Origin: Eledone cirrhosa
Lineage: Eukaryota
DNA: 64,000 nucleotides
Direction of reading: 5' to 3'
NCBI GenBank assembly: GCA_964016885.1
Contig: OZ024741.1
Span: forward strand, 190,216,001-190,280,000
The position numbers and the translations under genes are program-made. The notes below the pieces were generated by a model, which saw nothing but the letters and a program-made list of their open reading frames with translations, was not told the DNA's origin and did no database searches. Shown here piece after piece: positions 15,001 to 30,000 of this stretch; within the stretch, counting starts at the first letter, position 1; each line of letters opens with the position of its first letter.

Positions 15001-18000
15001 CCTGGTAGACCACATGCTAAAGTGTAAATGGTCTGGTAGACCGCATGCTAAAGTCTAAATGGCCTGGTAGATCGCATGCTAAAGTCTAAATAGCCTGGTA
15101 GACAACACACTAAAGTCTAAATGACCTGGTAGAGCGCATGCTAAAGTCTAAATAGCCTGGTAGACAACACACTAAAGTCTAAATGGCCTGGTAGACCGCA
15201 TGCTAAAGTCTAAATAGCCTGGTAGACAACACACTAAAGTCTAAATGGCCTGGTAGACCGCATGCTAAAGTCTAAATAGCCTGGTAGACCACATGCTAAA
15301 GTCTAAATGGCCCGGTAGACCACACACTAAAGTCTAAATGGCCTGGTAGACCACACACTAAAGTCTAAATAGCCCGGTAGACCGCATGCTAAAGTCTAAA
15401 TAGCCTGGTAGACCACATGCTAAAGTCTAAATGGCCTGGTAGACCGCATCTTAAAGTCTAAATGGCCTGGTAGACCGCATGCTAAAGTATAAATGGCCTG
15501 GTAGACCACACACTAAAGTCTAAATAGCCTGGTAGACCACATGCTAAAGTCTAAATGGCCTGGTAGACCACATACTAAAGTCTAAATTGTCTGGTAGACA
15601 GTATGCTAAAGACTAAATGTCCTGGTAGAGCACATGCTAAAGTCTAAATGGTCTGGTAGACAGTATGCTAAAGTCTAAATGGCCTGGTAGACCACATGCT
15701 AAAGTCTAAATGGTCTGGTAGACAGTATGCTAAAGTCTAAATGGCCTGGTAGACCACATGCTAAAGTCTAAATGGCCTGGTAGACCACATGCTAAAGTGT
15801 AAATGGTCTGGTAGACCACACACTAAAGTCTAAATGGCCTGGTAGACCGCATGTTAAAGTGTAAATGGCCTGGTAGATCGCATGCTAAAGTCTAAATAGC
15901 CTGGTAGACAACACACTAAAGTCTAAATGGCCTGGTAGACCGCATGCTAAAGTCTAAATGGCCTGGTAGACAACACACTAAAGTCTAAATAGCCTGGTAG
16001 ACCACATGCTAAAGTCTAAATGGCCTCGTAGACCACATGCTAAAGTGTAAATGGTCTGGTAGACCACACACTAAAGTCTAAATGGCCTGGTAGACCGCAT
16101 GCTAAAGTCTAAATGGCCTGGTAGACAACACACTAAAGCCTAAATGGTCTGGTAGACCGCATGCTAAAGTCTAAATGGCCTGGTAGACAACACACTAAAG
16201 TCTAAATGGCCTGGTAGACCGCATGCTAAAGTCTAAATGGCCTGGTAGATCGCATGCTAAAGTCTAAATGGCCTGGTAGACAACACACTAAAGTCTAAAT
16301 GGCCTGGTAGACCGCATGCTAAAGTCTAAATGGCCTGGTAAGCAACACACTAAAGTCTAAATGGCCTGGTAGACCACATGCTAAAGTCTAAATGGTCTGG
16401 TAGACAGTATGCTAAAGCCTAAATGGCCTGGTAGATCGCATGCTAAAGTCTAAATGGCCTGGTAGACAACACACTAAAGTCTAAATGGCCTGGTAGACCG
16501 CATGCTAAAGTCTAAATGGCCTGGTAGACCGCATGCTAAAGTCTAAAAGGCCTGGTAGACAACACACTAAAGTCTAAATGGTCTGGTAGACCGCATGCTA
16601 AAGTCAAAATGGCCTGGTAGACAACACACTAAAGTCTAAATGGCCTGGTAGACCACATGCTAAAGTCTAAATGGTCTGGTAGACAGTATGCTAAAGCCTA
16701 AATGGCCTGGTAGATCGCATGCTAAAGTCTAAATAGCCTGGTAGACAACACACTAAAGTCTAAATGGTCTGGTAGACCGCATGCTAAAGTCTAAATGGCC
16801 TGGTAGACAACACACTAAAGTCTAAATGGCCTGGTAGACCACATGCTAAAGTCTAAATGGCCTGGTAGACCACATGCTAAAGTGTAAATGGTCTGGTAGA
16901 CCACACACTAAAGTCTAAATGGCCTGGTAGACCGCATGCTAAAGTCTAAATGGCCTGGTAGACAACACACTAAAGCCTAAATGGTCTGGTAGACCGCATG
17001 CTAAAGTCTAAATGGCCTGGTAGACAACACACTAAAGTCTAAATGGCCTGGTAGACCGCATGCTAAAGTCTAAATGGCCTGGTAGATCGCATGCTAAAGT
17101 CTAAATGGCCTGGTAGACAACACACTAAAGTCTAAATGGCCTGGTAGACCGCATGCTAAAGTCTAAATGGCCTGGTAGACAACACACTAAAGTCTAAATG
17201 GCCTGGTAGACCGCATGCTAAAGTCTAAATGGCCTGGTAGACAACACACTAAAGTCTAAATGGTCTGGCAGACTGCATGCTAAAGTCTAAATGGCCTGGT
17301 AGACAACAAACTAAAGTCTAAATGGCCTGGTAGACCGCATGCTAAAGTCTAAATGGCCTGGTAAGCAACACACTAAAGTCTAAATGGCCTGGTAGACCAT
17401 ATGCTAAAGTCTAAATGGTCTGGTAGACAGTATGCTAAAGCCTAAATGGCCTGGTAGATCGCATTCTAAAGTCTAAATAGCCTGGTAGACAACACACTAA
17501 AGTCTAAATGGCCTGGTAGACCGCATGCTAAAGTCTAAATGGCCTGGTAGACAACACACTAAAGTCTAAATGGCCTGGTAGACCGCATGCTAAAGTCTAA
17601 ATGGCCTGGTAGACCGCATGCTAAAGTCTAAAAGGCCTGGTAGACAACACACTAAAGTCTAAATGGTCTGGTAGACCGCATGCTAAAGTCTAAATGGCCT
17701 GGTAGACAACACACTAAAGTCTAAATGGCCTGGTAGACCACATGCTAAAGTCTAAATGGCCTGGTAGACCGCATGCTAAAGTCTAAATGGCCTGGTAGAT
17801 CGCATGCCAAAGTCTAAATAGCCTGGTAGACAACACACTAAAGTCTAAATGTCCTGGTAGACCGCATGCTAAAGTCTAAATGGCCTGGTAGACAACACAC
17901 TAAAGTCTAAATGGCCTGGTAGACCGCATGCTAAAGTCTAAATGGCCTGGTAGAGCACACACTAAAGTCTAAATGGCCTGGTAGACAACACACTAAAGTC

Positions 18001-21000
18001 TAAATGGCATGGTAGACCACATGCTAAAGTCTAAATGGCCTGGTAGAGCACACACTAAAGTCTAAATGGCCTGGTAGACCGCATGCTAAAGTCTAAATGG
18101 CCTGGTAGACAACACACTAAAGTCTAAATGGCCTGGTAGACCGCATGCTAAAGTCTAAATGGCCTGGTAGACCGCATGCTAAAGTCTAAAAGGCCTGGTA
18201 GACAACACACTAAAGTCTAAATGGTCTGGTAGACCGCATGCTAAAGTCTAAATGGCCTGGTAGACAACACACTAAAGTCTAAATAGCCTGGTAGACCACA
18301 TGCTAAAGTCTAAATGGTCTGGTAGACAGTATGCTAAAGCCTAAATGGCCTGGTAGATCGCATGCTAAAGTCTAAATAGCCTGGTAGACAACACACTAAA
18401 GTCTAAATGGCCTGGTAGACCGCATGCTAAAGTCTAAATGGCCTGGTAGACAACACACTAAAGTCTAAATGGCCTGGTAGACCACATGCTAAAGTCTAAA
18501 TGGCCTCGTAGACCACATGCTAAAGTGTAAATGGTCTGGTAGACCACACACTAAAGTCTAAATGGCCTGGTAGACCGCATGCTAAAGTCTAAATGGCCTG
18601 GTAGACAACACACTAAAGCCTAAATGGTCTGGTAGACCGCATGCTAAAGTCTAAATGGCCTGGTAGACAACACACTAAAGTCTAAATGGCCTGGTAGACC
18701 GCATGCTAAAGTCTAAATGGCCTGGTAGATCGCATGCTAAAGTCTAAATGGCCTGGTAGACAACACACTAAAGTCTAAATGGCCTGGTAGACCGCATGCT
18801 AAAGTCTAAATGGCCTGGTAAGCAACACACTAAAGTCTAAATGGCCTGGTAGACCACATGCTAAAGTCTAAATGGTCTGGTAGACAGTATGCTAAAGCCT
18901 AAATGGCCTGGTAGATCGCATGCTAAAGTCTAAAAGGCCTGGTAGACAACACACTAAAGTCTAAATGGTCTGGTAGACCGCATGCTAAAGTCTAAATGGC
19001 CTGGTAGACAACACACTAAAGTCTAAATAGCCTGGTAGACCACATGCTAAAGTCTAAATGGTCTGGTAGACAGTATGCTAAAGCCTAAATGGCCTGGTAG
19101 ATCGCATGCTAAAGTCTAAATAGCCTGGTAGACAACACACTAAAGTCTAAATGGTCTGGTAGACCGCATGCTAAAGTCTAAATGGCCTGGTAGACAACAC
19201 ACTAAAGTCTAAATGGCCTGGTAGACCACATGCTAAAGTCTAAATGGCCTGGTAGACCACATGCTAAAGTGTAAATGGTCTGGTAGACCACACACTAAAG
19301 TCTAAATGGCCTGGTAGACCGCATGCTAAAGTCTAAATGGCCTGGTAGACAACACACTAAAGCCTAAATGGTCTGGTAGACCGCATGCTAAAGTCTAAAT
19401 GGCCTGGTAGACAACACACTAAAGTCTAAATGGCCTGGTAGACCGCATGCTAAAGTCTAAATGGCCTGGTAGATCGCATGCTAAAGTCTAAATGGCCTGG
19501 TAGACAACACACTAAAGTCTAAATGGCCTGGTAGACCGCATGCTAAAGTCTAAATGGCCTGGTAGACAACACACTAAAGTCTAAATGGCCTGGTAGACCG
19601 CATGCTAAAGTCTAAATGGCCTGGTAGACAACACACTAAAGTCTAAATGGTCTGGCAGACTGCATGCTAAAGTCTAAATGGCCTGGTAGACAACAAACTA
19701 AAGTCTAAATGGCCTGGTAGACCGCATGCTAAAGTCTAAATGGCCTGGTAAGCAACACACTAAAGTCTAAATGGCCTGGTAGACCATATGCTAAAGTCTA
19801 AATGGTCTGGTAGACAGTATGCTAAAGCCTAAATGGCCTGGTAGATCGCATTCTAAAGTCTAAATAGCCTGGTAGACAACACACTAAAGTCTAAATGGCC
19901 TGGTAGACCGCATGCTAAAGTCTAAATGGCCTGGTAGACAACACACTAAAGTCTAAATGGCCTGGTAGACCGCATGCTAAAGTCTAAATGGCCTGGTAGA
20001 CCGCATGCTAAAGTCTAAAAGGCCTGGTAGACAACACACTAAAGTCTAAATGGTCTGGTAGACCGCATGCTAAAGTCTAAATGGCCTGGTAGACAACACA
20101 CTAAAGTCTAAATGGCCTGGTAGACCACATGCTAAAGTCTAAATGGCCTGGTAGACCGCATGCTAAAGTCTAAATGGCCTGGTAGATCGCATGCCAAAGT
20201 CTAAATAGCCTGGTAGACAACACACTAAAGTCTAAATGTCCTGGTAGACCGCATGCTAAAGTCTAAATGGCCTGGTAGACAACACACTAAAGTCTAAATG
20301 GCCTGGTAGACCGCATGCTAAAGTCTAAATGGCCTGGTAGAGCACACACTAAAGTCTAAATGGCCTGGTAGACAACACACTAAAGTCTAAATGGCATGGT
20401 AGACCACATGCTAAAGTCTAAATGGCCTGGTAGAGCACACACTAAAGTCTAAATGGCCTGGTAGACCGCATGCTAAAGTCTAAATGGCCTGGTAGACAAC
20501 ACACTAAAGTCTAAATGGCCTGGTAGACCGCATGCTAAAGTCTAAATGGCCTGGTAGACCGCATGCTAAAGTCTAAAAGGCCTGGTAGACAACACACTAA
20601 AGTCTAAATGGTCTGGTAGACCGCATGCTAAAGTCTAAATGGCCTGGTAGACAACACACTAAAGTCTAAATAGCCTGGTAGACCACATGCTAAAGTCTAA
20701 ATGGTCTGGTAGACAGTATGCTAAAGCCTAAATGGCCTGGTAGATCGCATGCTAAAGTCTAAATAGCCTGGTAGACAACACACTAAAGTCTAAATGGCCT
20801 GGTAGACCGCATGCTAAAGTCTAAATGGCCTGGTAGACAACACACTAAAGTCTAAATGGCCTGGTAGACCACATGCTAAAGTCTAAATGGCCTGGTAGAC
20901 CGCATGCTAAAGTCTAAATGGCCTGGTAGATCGCATGCTAAAGTCTAAATAGCCTGGTAGACAACACACTAAAGTCTAAATGTCCTGGTAGACCGCATGC

Positions 21001-24000
21001 TAAAGTCTAAATGGCCTGGTAGACAACACACTGAAGTCTAAATGGCCTGGTAGACCGCATGCTAAAGTCTAAATGGCCTGGTAGAGCACACACTAAAGTC
21101 TAAATGGCCTGGTAGACAACACACTAAAGTCTAAATGGCATGGTAGACCACATGCTAAAGTCTAAATGGCCTGGTAGAGCACACACTAAAGTCTAAATGG
21201 CCTGGTAGACCGCATGCTAAAGTCTAAATGGCCTGGTAGAGCACACACTAAAGTCTAAATGGCCTGGTAGACCACATGCTAAAGTCTAAATGGTCTGGTA
21301 GACGGTATGCTAAAGTCTAAATGGCCTGGTAGACCACACACTAAAGTCTAAATAGCCTGGTAGACCACATGCTAAAGTGTAAATGGTCTGGTAGACCGCA
21401 TGCTAAAGTCTAAATGGCCTGGTAGATCGCATGCTAAAGTCTAAATAGCCTGGTAGACAACACACTAAAGTCTAAATGGCCTGGTAGACCGCATGCTAAA
21501 GTCTAAATAGCCTGGTAGACAACACACTAAAGTCTAAATGGCCTGGTAGAGCGCATGCTAAAGTCTAAATAGCCTGGTAGACAACACACTAAAGTCTAAA
21601 TGGCCTGGTAGACCGCATGCTAAAGTCTAAATAGCCTGGTAGACAACACACTAAAGTCTAAATGGCCTGGTAGACCGCATGCTAAAGTCTAAATAGCCTG
21701 GTAGACCACATGCTAAAGTCTAAATGGCCTGGTAGACCACACACTAAAGTCTAAATGGCCTGGTAGACCACACACTAAAGTCTAAATAGCCTGGTAGACC
21801 GCATGCTAAAGTCTAAATAGCCTGGTAGACCACATGCTAAAGTCTAAATGGCCTGGTAGACCGCATGTTAAAGTCTAAATGGCCTGGTAGACCGCATGCT
21901 AAAGTATAAATGGCCTGGTAGATCACACACTAAAGTCTAAATAGCCTGGTAGACCACATGCTAAAGTTTAAATGGCCTGGTAGACCACATACTAAAGTCT
22001 AAATGGTCTGGTAGACAGTATGCTAAAGTCTAAATGGCCTGGTAGAGCACATGCTAAAGTCTAAATGGTCTGGTAGACAGTATGCTAAAGTCTAAATGGC
22101 CTGGTAGACCACATGCTAAAGTCTAAATGGTCTGGTAGACCGCATGCTAAAGTCTAAATGGCCTGGTAAGCAACACACTAAAGTCTAAATGGCCTGGTAG
22201 ACCACATGCTAAAGTCTAAATGGTCTGGTAGACAGTATGCTAAAGCCTAAATGGCCTGGCAGATCGCATGCTAAAGTCTAAATAGCCTGGTAGACAACAC
22301 ACTAAAGTCTAAATGGCCTGGTAGACCGCATGCTAAAGTCTAAATGGCCTGGTAGACCGCATGCTAAAGTCTAAATGGCCTGGTAGACAACACACTAAAG
22401 TCTAAATGGCCTGGTAGACCGCATGCTAAAGTCTAAATGGCCTGGTAGACAACACACTAAAGTCTAAATGGCCTGGTAGACCGCATGCTAAAGTCTAAAT
22501 GGCCTGGTAGACCGCATGCTAAAGTCTAAAAGGCCTGGTAGACAACACACTAAAGTCTAAATGGCCTGGTAGATCACATGCTAAAGTCTAAATGGTCTGG
22601 TAGACAGTATGCTAAAACCTAAATGGCCTGGTAGATCGCATGCTGAAGTCTAAATAGCCTGGTAGACAACACACTAAAGTCTAAATGGCATGGTAGACCG
22701 CATGCTAAAGTCTAAATGGCCTGGTAGACAACACACTAAAGTCTAAATGGCCTGGTAGACCACATGCTAAAGTCTAAATGGCCTGGTAGACCGCATGCTA
22801 AAGTCTAAATGGCCTGGTAGATCGCATGCTAAAGTCTAAATAGCCTGGTAGACAACACACTAAAGTCTAAATGTCCTGGTAGACCGCATGCTAAAGTCTA
22901 AATGGCCTGGTAGACAACACACTAAAGTCTAAATGGCCTGGTAGACCGCATGCTAAAGTCTAAATGGCATGGTAGAGCACACACTAAAGTTTAAATGGCC
23001 TGGTAGACCGCATGCTAAAGTCTAAATGGCCTGGTAGAGCACACACTAAAGTCTAAATGGCCTGGTAGACCACATGCTAAAGTCTAAATGGTCTGGTAGA
23101 CGGTATGCTAAAGTCTAAATGGCCTGGTAGACCACACACTAAAGTCTAAATAGCCTGGTAGACCACATGCTAAAGTGTAAATGGTCTGGTAGACCGCATG
23201 CTAAAGTCTAAATGGCCTGGTAGACCGCATGCTAAAGTCTAAAAGGCCTGGTAGACAACACACTAAAGTCTAAATGGTCTGGTAGACCGCATGCTAACTC
23301 TAAATGGCCTGGTAGACAACACACTAAAGTCTAAATAGCCTGGTAGGCCACATGCTAAAGTCTAAATGGTCTGGTAGACAGTATGCTAAAGCGTAAATGG
23401 CCTGGTAGATCGCATGCTAAAGTCTAAATAGCCTGGTAGACAACACACTAAAGTCTAAATGGCCTGGTAGACCGCATGCTAAAGTCTAAATGGCCTGGTA
23501 GACAACACACTAAAGTCTAAATGGCCTGGTAGACCACATGCTAAAGTCTAAATGGCCTGGTAGACCGCATGCTAAAGTCTAAATGGCCTGGTAGATCGCA
23601 TGCTAAAGTCTAAATAGCCTGGTAGACAACACACTAAAGTCTAAATGGCCTGGTAGAGCGCATGCTAAAGTCTAAATAGCCTGGTAGACAACACACTAAA
23701 GTCTAAATGGCCTGGTAGACCGCATGCTAAAGTCTAAATAGCCTGGTAGACAACACACTAAAGTCTAAATGGCCTGGTAGACCGCATGCTAAAGTCTAAA
23801 TAGCCTGGTAGACAACACACTAAAGTCTAAATGGCCTGGTAGACCGCATGCTAAAGTCTAAATAGCCTGGTAGACCACATGCTAAAGTCTAAATGGCCCG
23901 GTAGACCACACACTAAAGTCTAAATGGCCTGGTAGACCACACACTAAAGTCTAAATAGCCCGGTAGACCGCATGCTAAAGTCTAAATAGCCTGGTAGACA

Positions 24001-27000
24001 ACACACTAAAGTCTAAATGGCCTGGTAGACCGCATGCTAAAGTCTAAATGGCCTGGTAGACCGCATGCTAAAGTCTAAATGGCCTGGTAGACAACACACT
24101 AAAGTCTAAATGGCCTGGTAGACCGCATGCTAAAGTCTAAATGGCCTGGTAGACAACACACTAAAGTCTAAATGGCCTGGTAGACCGCATGCTAAAGTCT
24201 AAATGGCCTGGTAGACCGCATGCTAAAGTCTAAAAGGCCTGGTAGACAACACACTAAAGTCTAAATGGCCTGGTAGATCACATGCTAAAGTCTAAATGGT
24301 CTGGTAGACAGTATGCTAAAACCTAAATGGCCTGGTAGATCGCATGCTGAAGTCTAAATAGCCTGGTAGACAACACACTAAAGTCTAAATGGCATGGTAG
24401 ACCGCATGCTAAAGTCTAAATGGCCTGGTAGACAACACACTAAAGTCTAAATGGCCTGGTAGACCACATGCTAAAGTCTAAATGGCCTGGTAGACCGCAT
24501 GCTAAAGTCTAAATGGCCTGGTAGATCGCATGCTAAAGTCTAAATAGCCTGGTAGACAACACACTAAACTCTAAATGTCCTGGTAGACCGCATGCTAAAG
24601 TCTAAATGGCCTGGTAGACAACACACTAAAGTCTAAATGGCCTGGTAGACCGCATGCTAAAGTCTAAATGGCATGGTAGAGCACACACTAAAGTTTAAAT
24701 GGCCTGGTAGACCGCATGCTAAAGTCTAAATGGCCTGGTAGAGCACACACTAAAGTCTAAATGGCCTGGTAGACCACATGCTAAAGTCTAAATGGTCTGG
24801 TAGACGGTATGCTAAAGTCTAAATGGCCTGGTAGACCACACACTAAAGTCTAAATAGCCTGGTAGACCACATGCTAAAGTGTAAATGGTCTGGTAGACCG
24901 CATGCTAAAGTCTAAATGGCCTGGTAGACCGCATGCTAAAGTCTAAAAGGCCTGGTAGACAACACACTAAAGTCTAAATGGTCTGGTAGACCGCATGCTA
25001 ACTCTAAATGGCCTGGTAGACAACACACTAAAGTCTAAATAGCCTGGTAGGCCACATGCTAAAGTCTAAATGGTCTGGTAGACAGTATGCTAAAGCGTAA
25101 ATGGCCTGGTAGATCGCATGCTAAAGTCTAAATAGCCTGGTAGACAACACACTAAAGTCTAAATGGCCTGGTAGACCGCATGCTAAAGTCTAAATGGCCT
25201 GGTAGACAACACACTAAAGTCTAAATGGCCTGGTAGACCACATGCTAAAGTCTAAATGGCCTGGTAGACCGCATGCTAAAGTCTAAATGGCCTGGTAGAT
25301 CGCATGCTAAAGTCTAAATAGCCTGGTAGACAACACACTAAAGTCTAAATGTCCTGGTAGACCGCATGCTAAAGTCTAAATGGCCTGGTAGACAACACAC
25401 TAAAGTTTAAATGGCCTGGTAGACCGCATGCTAAAGTCTAAATAGCCTGGTAGAGCACACACTAAAGTCTAAATGGCCTGGTAGACAACACACTAAAGTC
25501 TAAATGGCATGGTAGACCACATGCTAAAGTCTAAATGGCCTGGTAGAGCACACACTAAAGTCTAAATGGCCTGGTAGACCACATGCTAAAGTCTAAATGG
25601 TCTGGTAGACGGTATGCTAAAGTCTAAATGGCCTGGTAGACCACACACTAAAGTCTAAATAGCCTGGTAGACCACATGCTAAAGTGTAAATGGTCTGGTA
25701 GACCGCATGCTAAAGTCTAAATGGCCTGGTAGATCGCATGCTAAAGTCTAAATAGCCTGGTAGACAACACACTAAAGTCTAAATGGCCTGGTAGACCGCA
25801 TGCTAAAGTCTAAATAGCCTGGTAGACAACACACTAAAGTCTAAATGGCCTGGTAGAGCGCATGCTAAAGTCTAAATAGCCTGGTAGACAACACACTAAA
25901 GTCTAAATGGCCTGGTAGACCGCATGCTAAAGTCTAAATAGCCTGGTAGACAACACACTAAAGTCTAAATGGCCTGGTAGACCGCATGCTAAAGTCTAAA
26001 TAGCCTGGTAGATCACATGCTAAAGTCTAAATGGCCTGGTAGACCACACACTAAAGTCTAAATGGCCTGGTAGACCACACACTAAAGTCTAAATAGCCTG
26101 GTAGACCGCATGCTAAAGTCTAAATAGCCTGGTAGACCACATGCTAAAGTCTAAATGGCCTGGTAGACCGCATGTTAAAGTCTAAATGGCCTGGTAGACC
26201 GCATGCTAAAGTATAAATGGCCTGGTAGATCACACACTAAAGTCTAAATAGCCTGGTAGACCACAAGCTAAAGTCTAAATGGCCTGGTAGACCACATACT
26301 AAAGTCTAAATGGTCTGGTAGACAGTATGCTAAAGTCTAAATGGCCTGGTAGAGCACATGCTAAAGTCTAAATGGTCTGGTAGACAGTATGCTAAAGTCT
26401 AAATGGCCTGGTAGACCACATGCTAAAGTCTAAATGGTCTGGTAGACAGTATGCTAAAGTCTAAATGGCCTGGTAGACCACATGCTAAAGTCTAAATGGC
26501 CTGGTAGACCGCATGCTAAAGTCTAAATGGCCTGGTAAGCAACACACTAAAGTCTAAATGGCCTGGTAGACCACATGCTAAAGTCTAAATGGTCTGGTAG
26601 ACAGTATGCTAAAGCCTAAATGGCCTGGCAGATCGCATGCTAAAGTCTAAATAGCCTGGTAGACAACACACTAAAGTCTAAATGGCCTGGTAGACCGCAT
26701 GCTAAAGTCTAAATGGCCTGGTAGACCGCATGCTAAAGTCTAAATGGCCTGGTAGACAACACACTAAAGTCTAAATGGCCTGGTAGACCGCATGCTAAAG
26801 TCTAAATGGCCTGGTAGACAACACACTAAAGTCTAAATGGCCTGGTAGACCGCATGCTAAAGTATAAATGGCCTGGTAGACCGCATGCTAAAGTCTAAAA
26901 GGCCTGGTAGACAACACACTAAAGTCTAAATGGCCTGGTAGATCACATGCTAAAGTCTAAATGGTCTGGTACACAGTATGCTAAAGCCTAAATGGCCTGG

Positions 27001-30000
27001 TAGATCGCATGCTGAAGTCTAAATAGCCTGGTAGACAACACACTAAAGTCTAAATGGCATGGTAGACCGCATGCTAAAGTCTAAATGGCCTGGTAGACAA
27101 CACACTAAAGTCTAAATGGCCTGGTAGACCACATGCTAAAGTCTAAATGACCTGGTAGACCGCATGCTAAAGTCTAAATGGCCTGGTAGATCGCATGCTA
27201 AAGTCTAAATAGCCTGGTAGACAACACACTAAAGTCTAAATGTCCTGGTAGACCGCATGCTAAAGTCTAAATGGCCTGGTAGACAACACACTAAAGTCTA
27301 AATGGCCTGGTAGACCGCATGCTAAAGTCTAAATGGCATGGTAGAGCACACACTAAAGTTTAAATGGCCTGGTAGACCGCATGCTAAAGTCTAAATGGCC
27401 TGGTAGAGCACACACTAAAGTCTAAATGGCCTGGTATGGTAGACAACACACTAAAGTCTAAATGGCCTGGTAGACCGCATGCTAAAGTCTAAATAGCCTG
27501 GTAGACAACACACTAAAGTCTAAATGGCCTGGTAGACCGCATGCTAAAGTCTAAATAGCCTGGTAGACCACATGCTAAAGTCTAAATGGCCCGGTAGACC
27601 ACACACTAAAGTCTAAATGGCCTGGTAGACCACACACTAAAGTCTAAATAGCCCGGTAGACCGCATGCTAAAGTCTAAATAGCCTGGTAGACCACATGCT
27701 AAAGTCTAAATGGCCTGGTAGACCGCATCTTAAAGTCTAAATGGCCTGGTAGACCGCATGCTAAAGTATAAATGGCCTGGTAGACCACACACTAAAGTCT
27801 AAATAGCCTGGTAGACCACATGCTAAAGTCTAAATGGCCTGGTAGACCACATACTAAAGTCTAAATTGTCTGGTAGACAGTATGCTAAAGTCTAAATGTC
27901 CTGGTAGAGCACATGCTAAAGTCTAAATGGTCTGGTAGACAGTATGCTAAAGTCTAAATGGCCTGGTAGACCACATGCTAAAGTCTAAATGGTCTGGTAG
28001 ACAGTATGCTAAAGTCTAAATGGCCTGGTAGACCACATGCTAAAGTCTAAATGGCCTGGTAGACCACATGCTAAAGTGTAAATGGTCTGGTAGACCACAC
28101 ACTAAAGACTAAATGGCCTGGTAGACCGCATGTTAAAGTGTAAATGGCCTGGTAGATCGCATGCTAAAGTCTAAATAGCCTGGTAGACAACACACTAAAG
28201 TCTAAATGGCCTGGTAGACCGCATGCTAAAGTCTAAATGGCCTGGTAGACAACACACTAAAGTCTAAATGGCCTGGTAGACCACATGCTAAAGTCTAAAT
28301 GGCCTCGTAGACCACATGCTAAAGTGTAAATGGTCTGGTAGACCACACACTAAAGTCTAAATGGCCTGGTAGACCGCATGCTAAAGTCTAAATGGCCTGG
28401 TAGACAACACACTAAAGCCTAAATGGTCTGGTAGACCGCATGCTAAAGTCTAAATGGCCTGGTAGACAACACACTAAAGTCTAAATGGCCTGGTAGACCG
28501 CATGCTAAAGTCTAAATGGCCTGGTAGATCGCATGCTAAAGTCTAAATGGCCTGGTAGACAACACACTAAAGTCTAAATGGCCTGGTAGACCGCATGCTA
28601 AAGTCTAAATGGCCTGGTAGACAACACACTAAAGTCTAAATGGCCCGGTAGACCGCATGCCAGAGTCTAAATGGCCTGGTAGATCGCATGCTAAAGTCTA
28701 AATGGCCTGGTAGACAACACACTAAAGTCTAAATGGCCTGGTAGACCGCTTGCTAAAGTCTAAATGGCCTGGTAGACCGTATGCTAAAGTCTAAATGGCC
28801 TGGTAGACAACACACTAAATTCTAAATGGCCTGGTAGACCGCATGCTAAAGTCTAAATGGCCTGGTAGACAACACACCAAAGTCTAAATGGCCTGGTAGA
28901 CCGCATGCTAAAGTCTAAATGGCCTGGTAGACCGCATGCTAAAGTCTAAATGGCCTGGTAGACAACACACTAAAGTCTAAATGGTCTGGTAGACCGCATG
29001 CTAAAGTCTAAATGTCCTGGTAGACAACACACTAAAGTCTAAATGGCCTGGTAGACCACATGCTAAAGTCTAAATGGCCTGGTAGACCGCATGCTAAAGT
29101 CTAAATGGCCTGGTAGACAACACACTAAAGTCTAAATGGCCTGGTAGACCACATGCTAAAGTCTAAATGGCCTGGTAGATCGCATGCTAAAGTCTAAATA
29201 GCCTGGTAGACGACACACTAAAGTCTAAATGGCCTGGTAGACCGCATGCTAAAGTCTAAATGGCCTGGTAAGCAACACACTAAAGTCTAAATGGCCTGGT
29301 AGACCACATGCTAAAGTCTAAATGGTCTGGTAGACAGTATGCTAAAGCCTAAATGGCCTGGTAGATCGCATGCTAAAGTCTAAATAGCCTGGTAGACAAC
29401 ACACTAAAGTCTAAATGGCCCGGTAGACCGCATGCTAAAGTCTAAATGGCCTGGTAGACAACACACTAAAGTCTAAATGGCCTGGTAGACCACATGCTAA
29501 AGTCTAAATGGCCTGGTAGACCGCATGCTAAAGTCTAAATGGCCTGGTAGATCGCATGCTAAAGTCTAAATAGCCTGGTAGACAACACACTAAAGTCTAA
29601 ATGGCCTGGTAGACCGCATGCTAAAGTCTAAATGGCCTGGTAGACAACACACTAAAGTCTAAATGGCCTGGTAGACCGCATGCTAAAGTCTAAATGGCCT
29701 GGTAGATCGCATGCAAAAGTATAAATAGCCTGGTAGACAACACACTAAAGTCTAAATGGCCTGGTAGACCGCATGCTAAAGTCTAAATGGCCTGGTAGAC
29801 AACACACTAAATTCTAAATGTCCTGGTAGACCGCATGCTAAAGTCTAAATGGCCTGGTAGACAACACACTAAAGTCTAAATGGCCTGGTAGACCGCATGC
29901 TAAAGTCTAAATGGCCTGGTAGATCGCATGCTAAAGTCTAAATAGCCTGGTAGACAACACACTAAAGTCTAAATGGCCTGGTAGACCGCATGCTAAAGTC

